Of a DNA stretch of 64,000 bases, positions 36,744 to 51,890 are shown in pieces. Position 1 is the first letter of the stretch, and each line of letters opens with the position of its first letter. The stretch is from the NCBI RefSeq assembly GCF_006345805.1, contig NC_042999.1, forward strand, positions 111,352,001 to 111,416,000. The letters run 5' to 3'. Under the pieces are notes generated by a model that was given only the letters and a program-made list of their open reading frames with translations, was not told where the DNA came from and did not search any database. Both the position numbers and the translations under genes were made by a program. Source of the DNA: Octopus sinensis. Taxonomy: Eukaryota.

Positions 36744-37179
36744 TGCATATACACACATACGTGAGTGTGTGTGTGTGTATGTGTGTGTGTGTGTGTTTGT
36801 GTATTGTACATGTGTGTAGGTTTGTTTAGTTTTAAACAAAGCAAAATATTAGTGTAGGAAATGCTCACGAAAATATTAACCTATGAGAAATCCGTGAAAC
36901 TGGAACTCACGATTCCTCTTTGGTGCTTCGGGGAAATAACTATTATTCTGAACGCACTTTTATTCGCAAACATGCGCGCGCGAACACACACACAGATAGG
37001 TAGATATCGGTTTAGATGTAGGTGTCCGTGCGTGGGTGTGTATGTGTGTGTATTTATATTTACACGTACATACATATAATGTGTGTGTGTATGTGTCCTG
37101 CACCACCGCTTGAAAATCAATGTTGGCGTGTTTATGTCTCCGTCACGTGGCAGTTGGGCATTTAGAGGTGATATATATA

Positions 37180-37227
<48 letters not shown>

Positions 37228-37804
37228 ATATATACAAAGAGGGAGAGAGAGAGAGTGGCAGACAGACAGAGACAGAGAATGGAGGTGGTGCTAAATATTT
37301 ATTTAGTATCTGACGGGATTAGAAGCTTTAGAGATGTAGGAGACAGAAAAGAGGTTGAATTCTATGAGCTTTGCCGGTTTGATATAGTTTTCTGAGTTTA
37401 GTAGAGCAGAAACTGTTGTAGAATTGCCATAATACAAGCACAGAAAAATCATTGCTAATCGCTGATGTAGTTGTTGTGGTAAATTACTGAGTGACAATTC
37501 TTCAGCTGTAGAAAGGAAACTCTTATCATTAGTCCACATATTTGCACATATGTACACATACATACTCAAATATCTACACTCAAACACACGTTTCACATAC
37601 ACACATTAGATTATTAATTTTAAGTTGACATTTAGGCAATGTTTCAATTAGCAAGTTTGGTTGAATTTTCGAAGTTAGTTCATTAGAAAAGGCTTAGTTG
37701 CTCGTGGCGCAGGTGAATTGTAGAATTTGAAGCAAATAACTGTCTGTTTACCATCATTTACGAGTATATATCTCTCCTCCTTTTGCAGACACTCTCTTCC
37801 TTCA

Positions 37805-37847
<43 letters not shown>

Positions 37848-39675
37848 GCTCGCTCGCTCTTTCTCTCTCTGCCTATCTATATCTTCAAGTATGTTTGCTC
37901 TGACTTCATATACCCCTGTAGTGGATGCTTTTATCTCCTTTTACTTCATGCTTTTCTTTCTGGTTGCTTTTTGGCTTAACGTAGACCAGTGCTCCGCTGC
38001 TTTTTCACTTATATACTTTTCAAAATTCGGCGGTTCATCTGAACTGAAAATATAATTAAAAATACAGGGAAACAATTATATTCAGTTAAACTGCGGCATA
38101 CTTAGCATCGTCAGCATTATGATTAAATTCTTCCCGAAGTACTTTGCGTGAATCACTATGCGAGTTGGAAAAGCCACACATGTGTCTGACGCACTACCGG
38201 ACTTCGAAGTTCGTGTTACAGCTAAGTCTATTAAAATTAGGGAATATACCCTCAACTAAGTCAAAGTAGAATCTTTCTTCATGACCGCCAAGACAGTTTC
38301 TAACAACTAGTGCAAAGTCTACGCACAGCATTCAATGTTGTCAATTGAATCAATGGGATACGGATATTTTAAAGGCTCTCTCAACTGAGGACCATCAAAA
38401 GTCTCCACCTTAAGTGTTTCTGTATAACTTATTGCATTCGTAATCAAAGCAGACACATGTTCAATAACTTTAACCTTTCTATTGAAAGAAACTGATTTTA
38501 CATGTCCTTGTTGCGACAGTGTACGATATATAAATAAAATAACACAATTTTTGTTATTGTATCAAATTAAATGATCCTTAATTAATTACAACTGATTAGG
38601 AAAAAATTATCCCCTTTTGGGGGAGAACTCGCCAAATGTACGCAAGAATATGCTTTGTTTCTAAGGAACCAAAATTAAGATATAATATATGTACAAGAGG
38701 ATGATGAATCAGTACACAAAGGAATCTGCTGTATCATCATTGTTAGAGCTGAAGGACAATATGATGAACCAGTACTCCAAAAATACTTAAGAAAAGTTGT
38801 AACTTCAAAAACACCAATACGTGTGATAACCAGTGTTAATGGAATCGACTATTTCTTAGTAATTCTTTAAAAAGGGCCAATGCCGCACAATAAAAAAAAT
38901 GATAATGTGATAGGCAGCAATCAATGGCTGTATTGAATTCACTGCTTCAACAGAATTTGTTTATCAGTATCGTCAATATTTTAATGTTGTTTGATTTTAG
39001 TTTCGCTCTTGTGTGTTTTAATAAAGACGGTATTGTTCAACATTATATTAAATACATTTAATGTTGGTGATTTTGTTTACCCAAGCCCGGCCCTGACTGT
39101 GTATATCTATGACAAAAGGCATTCAGTTATAACTATACTTTTATTGTAGCTTCAATAGGTGATTTGGATTCTATTTCAAGTAGGTCGTAGAATCACGCAG
39201 AGATCCACTCGTTAATTCACTAATGTTATTTGATACAAACTGCTGAAAGTGGTTTAATTTATGTGATGTAAATACATCACGTAATAGTACATATTTATAA
39301 CAGCATGGGTTATAAGTGAGCCTATTTTAATAAGACTTATAATACTTTGTTTATGAGAAGACAAAAAATAAAATAGGTCACCCAAAGCGGTTAAAGAGGT
39401 ATTAAAAAATTATAAATTGACATTTCTGGCGGAGCCCAAAAACAAAAGAATTTTCATTAATAAAATATATATAAAAGATTAAAAAAACAAAAATATTACA
39501 ATACTATATATTAATAAAACTTGCTTCTCAAGTGTTATGTAACGTATACATTAAACTTAGCACATAGTAAAAATTATAACATATGGTAAAAATTACGAAG
39601 TTATTGCGCATGGTAATACATACATACATGCATACATACTTACATATAATACATACAAACAAAAAGACCTCCCTC

Positions 39676-39762
<87 letters not shown>

Positions 39763-39915
39763 CATACATACATACATTACATATTATAACATATATATAT
39801 ATATATATTTACATATATATATGATATATATGTTTACACATATGTGTGTGTGTGTGTGTTGTGTGTGCATGTTTGTATGCGTGTTATATGTACATACATA
39901 GACACACACACACAC

Positions 39916-39946
<31 letters not shown>

Positions 39947-40577
39947 GTAGTATATATGCAGCTGTGTCCGCCTGTGCGACTGTATGTATGTATACATAAA
40001 TACAGGGATATATATATATATATATACATTTACGGATAAATACGTTTTCTTCATATAAAATATACACCTACAACTTCGTGTACAGAAGAATAAGGGACCG
40101 CTCGGAATATATTCAATCTACTTTGTGGAATACCATCAACAACTGTGCACCCAGTCTATCTACGCATACCGACAATGCTTATCAATTCCTAAGAGCAATA
40201 TTTGCATTTAAAACGCATTACCGGCGGCTATTTCGATTATTAAAAATTTAATGTCGCCAACACTGCTTGTGTAGAAAAATGTAAACCCGTTCTGCAAAAC
40301 TTTCGCGGGTAAAAAAGATGGATTAACCATATTATTTTCAATCTTGTATTGTAGTTTCATTAGAAAACGAGTATCCACTTTAGCTGCTCACGGAAACACT
40401 GCTTATAAAACGGGCTATTTCTAAAGGCATACGTAAATCGAAAAGGCCAAATTTTCAATTAAAGCACTTTCTAGACAGCTTGGTCATGTTTTGTTCTAAT
40501 AGTTATTGTGTTTCTGAATATAGCAAAACAATTTAACACTATGAATTAGACATATGCAACCACTAGTTGTATTGATG

Positions 40578-40670
<93 letters not shown>

Positions 40671-41262
40671 CCTATCTTTCTCTCTATCTCTCTACACGCA
40701 TGTGTGTGTGTGTGTGTGTGCGCACGTCTGTGTGTGTATATGTGTAAATAGTTTTAGATATATATAGATATGCATGTATATATATATATATATATATATA
40801 TACATAATGGTTTGCTCATAGAGCCACCAGAAACGGGGAAAATGATGGAGAATGTGAAATATATGGGTCTGAGTGTTGGTGCATATGTGTGGTGTATATG
40901 TGCGTAAATGTATCTACGTACGTATATTTGCAACTTTATATGTTTGTAAAAATGCACATGTGATTCTTTCCTATTTTTCTTGTTAATTTTACTGGTGGTG
41001 AGAATGTTTCTGTCTTTCGATAATAATTCTCGTTGATTAAACGGCAGCATCAGCAAGCACAATATACAATGTACCGGCAGTTTTGCTAGGAGTTTTTGTT
41101 TGAAGAGTCTTTTCGAAATAAAATATCTCTATAGTCATATAAAAACCCACAAACGTCGTAAATTGTTAAAAGAGTAAGATTATGAAATAAAAGTCACTAA
41201 ATATCATCCATACTACGTAAAAGTTTCTGGAGTTATATTTTCCAACTTTATAAGTATATAAG

Positions 41263-41437
41263 ATATTGGTTTCAAATTTTGCTACAAGGCCAACAATTTC
41301 GAGGCAACGGTAAGTCAATTACATTGACACCAATGTTGAACTGGTACTTACTTTATAGACCCCTAAAGGATAAAAGGCAAAGTCGACCACGGCGGATTTG
41401 AACTCAGAACGTAAAGGAGGACGAAATGCAGCTAAGC
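41263..41437 (-). mobile_element. SINE family 2, 5'-truncated
   Basis: GGCAAAGTCGACCACGGCGGATTTGAACTCAGAACG and the TATTGGTTTCAAATTTTG tail. Confidence 0.85.
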
Positions 41438-44119
41438 TGAATCGTATTTTCATACTTCATTTTTGCAAATGGAAATTTTTTTCCAATGCTTGACTCTGCA
41501 TAACGATTGAATCAGATTGCTTCTGATCGGTTCTAAACGTTTTGTTTGTTATGTGTTTTCTTGTGTGTTTATATGGAGTAAATTTGTAGATTCTCCACAA
41601 TATAAGTATCTCCATTATATCATTTTATTATGTGCAATCCTGTCCTCTGGATATTGGGTTTGCTTTGGTTTTGTGCTGAAAACAGGTTAAAGACATTATA
41701 AATACGATCGCAGTATCAAGGTTGATCATTTGTCAAAGCATAACCGGGATCTTTAAGTCTAGTTCATTGAAGCGTTTTGCATGTTTCACATATGAAGAAA
41801 CTGTAGCTATGAGTGAGAGTGACTATGTTAATCAAATATTGTATATTTATTCCTTCTTTTACGTGCAGAATTTCTACGTAAAGATTCTTTGTCTAAATCT
41901 AATCTGGTACAACGCATGAACGCAGAAATAAAATACCACCTTACGACTACAGATCAGATCAATCTGCTGGAAGCACTGCGTAGACGTTAAAATCAGTAAA
42001 AAAATAAAACTATTATCAGTGTGGATGAGAATAACAGTTCGAAATATTCCAATCTCACATATTTTACATTTTATTAACACTTTTGATTAATGCAGTGCAG
42101 CAGTATTGTGAGTTGTATATATTGATCATTGAACCGTCACCGATATTTTAAAGTTGCAAGTATCTATTTATATTTTTACTGAGTAACCATTTATTACATG
42201 GAAACACAAAACATAATATTTTGGTGGTAGATATCCATTTTATGTGAAGGGTAATATTTGTGATTGTGTTTTAGCATTTCTTTCTTATTTTCACCGAGAT
42301 TTCCAAAGCCCGTTTTTCATCATTAGCAGTTTTACTTCTCATATCAGGAATAATACAAAACAAATACCTTTGACATACAAATGGTGACTTTAAGCTATTT
42401 TGCTTACATCCAGTTTGATATCAGCTTCTCAATGTTTTTCCACTTTCCACTATTTTAAATAGCATGTATTAAACACTAGTTTGCGCTTTCATATACCCTT
42501 CGTACAGTTTTCATAACAAAGGTAGTGGCTTGAGACAGGCAGTATATTTATAAAGCTTCTTTCCTATTAAACTATCCGTGTACTCGTCACACATTTATGT
42601 GCTTATATATATAGAAATGTTCCTATCTTTCATGATGTTAATCATGTGATACGCTTTACTTTTTACATTCAGCGTTTCACACCGCTAGCTAGACTGTCTT
42701 CAAGTAATCTGCAGGGTATTGATCTAACGCAAATATACCTTTGGATACCTTTTTAGTTTAGAAATTATTTACGTTATACCAAACGATCACTCAAATTTTG
42801 CTGCATACATTTATTGTTTTATGTTTCATACATGAGAATGACTAAATTGTTATCTTCAGTCAGAGTGTCTGCCGATATAGCTATGAACAGATTGTTTGTC
42901 AGTTTATCCGAGTCTCGTAAGAGTAGTGTTTTTCATACATCCAAGAATAAATACAACGAAAGGAAAGCGTAGAAAATTTATTCTGTTTTGGAGAAGTGCA
43001 ATACGGAAGTTGCATTCATGTAAAGATTACAGTACATTCAGAAGCCGCATATCTGAAACGCTGATCGTTAGACTTCTTTTCATAGTATCTGATTCTACAT
43101 ATTAGCTTGATTCCCACACCCCTTTTTTGTCATATGAGAAGCATTCCATTTATTCTTTACTAATACAACTCATTTATACAGATTAAGTACTGCGAAGAAA
43201 AACATTATTATTCGTAGGAATACCCGCACCATTATTCTCGGAAATATTCAACCATGAATATATTACTTATAATTTCGTAGTTAGAAAATCCTTATCAGAA
43301 GCGACTTACAAGCTCACCATTGTTGTTTTTCCTTCATTTAGACTATAGCTGAAACTTTAACTAGTTAGTCACAGAAGGAAAGGCAGCGCGGTTTACACTC
43401 ATTTTAAAGGCTCCGAGTGTGGACTGCAACGGAAGAGATTATCCTCAACTCAGAAAACTGATCTGAATACTTGTAAACTGGCAAAATCTACTAAAGTTAT
43501 CAGGTACCCAAGGATTAAGTGATGATGTTAAAGCGGACAATGGAGGAAGTAGTGAAGAATAGAATTACGAACTACAACTGCGGCTACATATCTCATACGC
43601 ATGTTTGTCTATAGAAATATGTACATACATATATGAAACATTCCAGGGAATCTTTCTTTGTGGTTCCTGGGTTGAACACATGTAAGCTAACACATATAGA
43701 GTATACTCGCAAAAAACAGATGCATGTACACACAAACAGCTATGACGCACATATGCATGCGTACTAAATTGCCATGCACACCCACTACATGAGCGCTTGT
43801 ACTCAAACACACACACACACATACATGTACACACTAACCCATTCACAGATCCACAAATCCCGAAAATTTTCCTGAATTAAACAAAACAGTCTTGTTGCTT
43901 TGTAAGCGAATGCCTTCACTTTCACAAGAGCCAAAACCACAAGTTCCCTAGAAAAAACATACATACCTATATACATTCATCCATAGATGCATTCATACAT
44001 ATTGTCATACATATACTTGATTAGGCTGGTATAGTGGGCATAAACATTTACATAATGTTACATAAGTTTAGACTAGAAAGCTGTTGTTTGAAATATCAAA
44101 TGATACTTGATGCAATAAA

Positions 44120-44290
44120 TTGGCGCACACATGGCAGTGTGATTAAGATGCTGGCTTCTCAATTCCGTTATTTTCTTTTTAATCCTACAGCACAGTATTT
44201 GAGTAAGTATTTTCTACAATAAGTCAGGGTCTATCCTAGCGAGTAACATTGGGTGGACAGAAATCGTGTGAAAGCTGGTCGGGTGGACTA
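44120..44290 (+). mobile_element. Degenerate SINE family 1 head
   Basis: GGCGCACACATGGCAGTGTGATTAAGATGCTGGCTTC...TTGAGTAAGTATTTTCTACAATAAG aligns loosely with 3675-3830. Confidence 0.5.
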
Positions 44291-45496
44291 TACCTGTTTT
44301 TATGTAATGAATCCGTTGCCCACCTGGCACTTGGATGTCTTTAGCGAAGACCGTTTAATTGCAAACTTTATGAGAAAAGGTCTGCAGTATCAACAGAATA
44401 AATAACTGAATGCTTCCTTTCTTGGCTACAGCTATCCCTACAATCATTAGTGGAAAGAAAACAGGTTATTATAATCATTCATGTAAGGATTATTCAAATA
44501 ACGCATTGCTTTCTCTTGAATGTGAATATGGATACTATTGACTAAGATATAGATGGGAAACAGTGCTTTGATACAAAACGATAAAATAAAGATAGTAAAA
44601 TAGATTTTGTTGTATATGAAGATGATAACCATGAAGGATTACAGAATATACAAATATCGTGCTGATATATACTTCGACATTATATATTTTCAATATTATT
44701 ATGTTTGAATCGTTCAAGCAAAAGTTGATCCTCCGACATTGTCCCCATAATAATTTGATCCGTTCGTAACAAACTTGATCTGGCGTATCAATTTCATCCT
44801 ATTAAGTCAGCGCACATCTTGAGAACGAAACATTGATGAGATCAGGCAGTAGCAGCATTCGTACATCTTCTATGTATATACATGTGCCTATAACATAGAT
44901 ATCCAGAGGAGTGTGTGTAGGTGTATAAACATGCACATCCTAATGCGTAGACTTCCTCCCGCCCTCCCTCACTCTCTCTCACATACACATGCACATATAT
45001 ATTATATACATGTACTTACACAAATACAGACACATAGAGACAAAAGCACACACACATATGTATACAGTGTGTGTATGGATATAAATTTATGTATGTATAC
45101 ATATTTACATACATAAATGAATGTATAAGTTCCAAGGGAACATAGAGAAATGTATACAAACGCATTCGCACATATACTTGCACACACATACACATACATA
45201 CAGGAACACCCGCACATACAAGATCTACTGATCCGTCTTCATCACAGTAGATTTATTCTCTCCGGATAATCCCTAACAGTTGATTTGTTTCTCGAGATAA
45301 TCTTTTCATGTGCTTATTTACATACGGCACAGGTCATGTGGAATTGGTGGGAATGGGGAAGTGGGAGAGATAGCATGAGGGAGAGACAGGCGGGAGAGAG
45401 AGAGGGGTGAACAATGTTTCATTTATCTAAGATAAGTTCGTCCCATATATATATAGTTCTATCAATCTATCGATCTACACACACACACACACACAC

Positions 45497-45569
<73 letters not shown>

Positions 45570-45663
45570 ATTTACACACTCACACACACACGCACATAGA
45601 AAAATAGATAGATATAGAAGAGATAATTATGAACGTATGTATATGAGTATACCTATATATTTG

Positions 45664-45710
<47 letters not shown>

Positions 45711-45749
45711 ATATATGTGTGTGTATATATATATATGTATATATATATG

Positions 45750-45788
<39 letters not shown>

Positions 45789-47101
45789 GCGTATAACGTA
45801 TACATTCATATATGTGTTCATACATATGTTTGGTGTATATACCTATATGTATATGTGTATATATACGTATATATGTGTGTGTATATACATGTATAAATAT
45901 ATATATGTATATATATATACATACGTATATATATAAGTACATTCATATATATGCACGCATATCTACATACATACAGCTTTTTGCTGGCTGTTTACCATTA
46001 TTATACGGTCGTCATAAACGATAGAAAATATGACAATGGAATAATAAATCGTGATGGTGGTGGTACTGGTGGTAGTAGTACAATAGCAATACTTTGTAGT
46101 GATGATAATAATGGTGATGTATACGTGGGGGGTTAGTCATGTTTATGTCAGTGTTGTTCCTTGCTTGCGATAGGGTTCTGCCATGCCGGTGGTAGTGATG
46201 ATGATGCCGCTAAAGCTGGTTGTGCAGTTAAGTACGTGGACTGTAAGGTGACGCTAGTCGGGAATGCTGGCGGTGGTCGTGTTGTTGTTGTTGCTGCTGC
46301 TGCTGCTGGTAGTGATGGTGTTTGTGGTGGTGGTGGTGGTGGTGGTCGTCGTCGTCGTCGTCGTCGTGTTGCTGGTGCTGATGCTGGTGGCGGTAATTGC
46401 GTTTCTGCCGATGCTGGTGCTGCTATTAGAGTTGACGACAGATCGAGCAGTAGAAAGTAAGGTCAACATAAGAAATAAGAAGTTACTCGCCTCCCACACA
46501 CACGTACACGAAAATACATATCAGGATAGACGTTAAAGGACACTGTGACCACTCATTGTAACTGTGTGACGAAGTGTAATGTGGTCGGGTTGCCGATGAT
46601 CTTGCAATGCAGTTGTTCTCAACGGGGTTCATATAAAATTTTTGAGGGTGCGCACCAGCAAAATAGTAGATTAGGGATCTACAGTAATACTTTAAGGGTC
46701 CATAAAATGTTTTTATTCAAACGTATGTATTTTATTATTTATATGTGCGAAGCAGCTAATTTCTTTGTCTAGTATTTTACGTAGTTGAACCAATACAAGT
46801 GAATGGGTGAATAGCAAAACAGGAAGTTTGAAAGAAGTGTCAATAAAACTAGTTTTTAAACATCGAATGTCTATTGGGGCCCACCAGAATAAAATAGTAA
46901 ACAAAGATATGCATAGATAAAACAAAAATGGTAGAGAACAATTATTGTAATAGTAGAACGTCGATAAAAGTTGACCCGGGTCAGTTAAACGCTCTAATCT
47001 ATTATTAAGTGCTTATTCAAGATTTGTCTTTATAAAAACGGCTTATCAAATCACGTTAGTCTTTCAAGCCATTTTCCTTTCATTATTTATCTTTATATTT
47101 C

Positions 47102-48935
47102 TTGTTGTTATTATCATTATTGGTTTACTTCTCAGAACACTCGCTCTTGTTTACTCTAGATTTTGTGAGAACGGACAGCAGCCTGCTGTCAGATGTCCCA
47201 CAGGGTCTCTTTCCGCACATTATAAGCTTTTATACTTGGTTGTCAATTATCATGGGAGACATTCGGCATCCAAGTACCAATCGCAAAATTTTAGCTGTCC
47301 TCAGCAAAACAGTTTTTAGGGGCTTGCTCTTCTCTCATATCAATTCCGATTTCTCTGGCATATTTCTCGAAATTGGTTGTTAGTGCTCCGAGTGCCCCTA
47401 CAACTACTAGAATGACACACTCTCCTCATAGTACACATTCTTGCATTTTCGTCTTTTAGTAATCTGCACTTTTCAATCTTTTATAGTCCTGTGTCACTTA
47501 TGCGTACATCCACAGGTATTTCAATACCTATAATCTTGGTTTCTTTTTTTCCTTTATGTCACAGTGATATCTGGTTTATATCTCCTCTATATTTAGCCTG
47601 AACAGAGCACGGAAATAGTACGAACATGAACCAGAAGGAGTCACCGAGAACAAGGAATATAAGATACTGTGGGATTTAACATTCCTTGTTCTCAGTGACT
47701 CCTTCGGGTTCATATTCGTACCATTTCCGTGCTCTATTCTAGCTGTACTTTTCACATAGCCTCCAGTGTACGACTTAGCCACGTCATCGTGCCTCCTTTT
47801 GTAGTACATTTGGGCCAGCTTGCTACACTCGCTCACAATATGTGAGATTGTTTCGTTTTTGCTGCCACACATCCTAAAAAGAGGCGATTCGCTGCTCTTA
47901 TGTATTTGAAACTTGGTGTAATTAATTCTCAGAGCTTGTTCCTGGACGCTGCATATCAATGCCTCAGTGCGTCCTTTCAGATCACTTTTTCTTTGCCATC
48001 TCTAAGCGATAGTCTTGTCTTTTTTTTTTCGATTGCTCTCAGGTATTCCCCATGCAGTGATTTCATTTTCCAATTCTTTAGTCTTTCTTTTTTATCTTGT
48101 TTTATAAATGTTTGTGGGTACATCACATTTTCAGCAAGTATTGTATTGTTAATTCCAACAGCGGTGAGCAAGGATACACTCTGCTGTTTGATGTACCATC
48201 CCAGACTGTTCTTCTCGTTGACAGCACATACTTTACCTCCTATGAGACCACTTTCTCCCTTGTCCTAGGCACATACTGCTTGTCAGTATAGCTTTTGAGA
48301 TGTCGTTCCTTGTTAATCGCCATCACCTTTCTGCTTTTGCTGTCCATTTCATCAAGCACGTTCTTTGTCCACTTAACGACACCTGCGCCATACCGCATTA
48401 AGCAAACATCCCATGTGTTCAGTACCCTGATCTTGTTTGTTTCAATTGAGCCTACTTCCCATAATTAATTTGCTTCTTCTGAGATATTCTCGCCTAAAGC
48501 TTTCCTTCATCTCACTTTCCTTAGTTTTGTCATATACCAAAATCTCCAGATTAGTGTCCAGATTCTTGATTTCCTCGCCGTTGGGTAGCTCTACACCATC
48601 AAACGATACTACTTTGCCTTTCTGTATAATAAGCATATAACACTTTTTAATCTCAATTTCAATTCCGATATCCTTACTGAATATCTGCACTGTTGAAACT
48701 AGGCCATTTATTTCACGTTCGGTCTTTCCAAATATCTTTAAATCATCCATATATAACAGGTGATTTAATTTTCCTCCACTTTTCAAGGTGTACCCCGATG
48801 TCACTTTCCTCAGTATCTGTGTGGGGGGTATCATACAAATCACAGACAACAAAGACTATCTCCTTGAAATATGTCTCTCGTGATGTTAACACTCGCCAAA
48901 AAGTTTCCACATGAACTTAACTCTGTATTCCTGTT
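47102..48935 (-). mobile_element. R4/Dong-type LINE, 5'-truncated: RT C-half, CCHC finger, restriction-like endonuclease and 3' UTR
   Basis: NITRDIFQGDSL, HLLYMDDLKIF, MKSLHGEY, ICSVQEQALRINY, CGSKNETISHIVSEC, KRRHDDVAK, KPDI, KTVLLRTAKILRLVL. Multiple frameshifts. Confidence 0.92.
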
Positions 48936-50294
48936 CATCATTGATCTCCTAATAAAATTTGATATATTATTAGAAACTTGTACCAGTGTTACTCATATTG
49001 TTGTTATTGTTGTTGTTATTCCTGATTGCATATAAATAAATACTCATACACGCGCACGCGTACACACTCATATACATCTTAAAACGACATCGGTGAAACT
49101 TCGTAGTCACAGATAACTTTAATACTAAATAAAAACATACATATGTGAGTATGATTAAGCGCGCGGTTGTGTATGCGTGTGTTTATTTGCGTGAGTGCAT
49201 GTGGGTGCGCGCGCGGCGTGTGTGTAATTGTTATGTTAATTTTCAAACTGCTACACCGTTCGTTTCTCTCTTCGTCTTTCTCATGGAGCAAGTTTATACA
49301 AGTTGCTCTGAAATTATGGTCAGCATAGCATTGTACTTATCATAAAGGTTGTTGCTGTTGCTATCATCATTCGTCTTTTAGTTTAGTTTTCTGTGTCGGT
49401 CAGATATTGGTAAAAAACTTTTTTTTCAATTTGCAGACCTGCGTATACTGAGAGATGGTTTCAATTTTGTATCTTCCTTGCACGGTTGAGTCGTTCCTTA
49501 TAGCTGATGATGATTTTAGTTGCAATTGATGCCGTTGCTTTTGAGGGGTGTGAAGGGGATTTTCTTTTCACTTCAGAGGCAGAAAAATTAAACTGACACC
49601 CATTATTACTCCGATGACTTAGAGATCATCTGAGGTCAAGTAAGCAGCAGATATAAGGCTGCGCCCATACTTACAATATTGAATAAAAATACCAGTGCTT
49701 CAATGAAGTTGCATGAAACTTCATGAAACTGACTAGATTTTGGAGAACGTCAATACATGTGTGAGCATCTGTCAGAGCTTGTTATCCGCGTTCACCAACT
49801 CACCTCGTTCTGGCCTAACAGCCCTTCCTGTTTGTTTTCACTGTCCTATTTTGTTATCAAAATTCCAAATTTTATTTAATTTGCTTTATCGAAAAGTTAT
49901 CTTGTGTATTGCCCGAAATACGAAGTAGAAAAACAACCGACAGCTGATAAAGGTTAATTTTTTTCTGTTGCTTGTTTTGTTTTCCATTTATTTCATTCAT
50001 TATTCGCAAAATTATTTCGTATTCCATGTTTTCGTATTTCATATTTTTACGTTCTATGGTGTCCTGTGACCACATATGCATGTGTATATACATACATGCA
50101 TGTATATATGCATATATATTTATATATTATTTATATCGTTATGTGATTGAACGCCACGCATCCATTTCCAAGTTTTATCCCTCTCTCTCTCTCTCTCTGT
50201 ATATATATATATATATATAAATGTTACCACATGTGAACTGCTGGCGATTTTTTACTCCGTCTTGCTGTTCTCTTGGACTTACTTCTGTCTCCTC

Positions 50295-50327
50295 TTTCTG
50301 AAGAATAGCTTTACTCGAAACGTAAAA
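50295..50327 (+). ncRNA. Minimal hammerhead motif with decayed stem II
   Basis: TTT CTGAAGA atagctttactc GAAA C GT A AAA: intact core, ACGT stem III, GUA triplet and 3-bp stem I. It lies in a unique segment of about 215 bp between (TA)n and (TG)n. Confidence 0.45.
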
Positions 50328-50472
50328 CACGCTTTCTTTCTTTATCTGAGCGGCTTATCAATACTTTGCATATACCAAGTACTCGGTTGTTGTTTTTTTC
50401 TTGCTGTCCTGTTTTTCTCCGTTTTTCATTAATTGTGTGCGCGTGTGCGTGTGTGTATATGTGTATGTGTGT

Positions 50473-50525
<53 letters not shown>

Positions 50526-50532
50526 TGTGTGT

Positions 50533-50682
50533 GTAGGCGCAGGTGTACCTGTGTTGTAAGAAGTTTGCTTCTCAACTACAGGGTTCAAGTTTCAATCCCA
50601 CTGCGTGACACCTGGGGCACGTGTCTTCTACTACAGCCTCAGGCCGAAGAGAGCCTTGTGGATTTGGCAGACGGAAGTCGTA
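50533..50682 (+). mobile_element. SINE family 1 head, diverged
   Basis: GTAGGCGCAGG...CCCACTGCGTGACACCTGGGGCACGTGTCTTCTACTACAGCCTC matches 3672-3840. Confidence 0.8.
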
Positions 50683-50712
50683 TATAGATATTTAAATATA
50701 TGTGTGTGACAT

Positions 50713-50782
<70 letters not shown>

Positions 50783-51832
50783 TTATATATATATATATAT
50801 ATATAACCTTACGTACATATATATGAATATATATATAATTTACAACTGCCATCAAGAGAATACTTACATCCAATATATATAGATATTTGTGTGTGTCTAC
50901 ATAGGTATCTATCTTCACTAAACATGCAAATATGTAACTAAGTATACACATGTAATGCATGGTGTGTATGTAAGCATGTATTTATGAATATATATAAATT
51001 TTCAATATATCTCTACAATATATTTTATATTTTATATAAATGCGATCATATTATTTATATGGAATTTATATTTACAATGTGCATGTATGTATGAATATAC
51101 ACACTATAGATTTATAAATATGGCTAATGATTATAATCTAAATTTATAGACATAGAAATGCATACAGATATACACATATTTATATACTGAGGAATGCAAC
51201 AAAACACACAAGCAAACACACAGATACTTACAAATATATATATATATATGCATGCATAGATACACACACATATATACACATACATATATATTACATACAT
51301 GTATATATACACACACACACATTCATACATATACTCATATATATATATATGTATAGTTGATCTTCTATATGTGCCTACATTCCTATCTATTAGAACAATG
51401 ATTCTTATTATCCTTGCTAATATTTTTATTTTCAATGGAAATTGTGCTCAAACTGTTGTTCTTAGTGTTGTTGTAATTCTTCTTCTAGTCGTCTTCATCT
51501 CTACTTCTTCTCAAACTACCCCTCCCTACTCCTACTACAATAACCAGTACAGCTAAGATCACTACGGCTGTGACAGCCGCTTGTACTGCTGATGCTGCTG
51601 ATGTTACTGCTGCAGTATCTGCAATTACTATTTTATTGCTGCTCTTCTTTTCCCCTTTTTTTATTTATAGTAATACAAGTAATCTTTATCCAAAAGATTT
51701 AAAAGCTCTTTAGCGGTGTCTAAAAACGATAAACACCAACAGACACCACTGCCAACTCCACCATTACCGCCTTTTTGAAAAACAAGATCAACAACAAATA
51801 TATTAACATTGATCGCCGTTATCACCATTATA

Positions 51833-51890
<58 letters not shown>

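Noticed and set aside
40060-40250. About 60 open codons on plus (NFVYRRIRDRSEYIQ...)
   Set aside because: No ATG, no convincing donor and no recognisable homology.
41945-49803. Additional strong minus-strand splice signals (31-nt exon 41945-41975; CGAG|GTGAGT donor at 49802)
   Set aside because: They could belong to the 23.6-25.6 kb chain, but at this spacing chance occurrence is equally likely. Worth checking only with RNA-seq.
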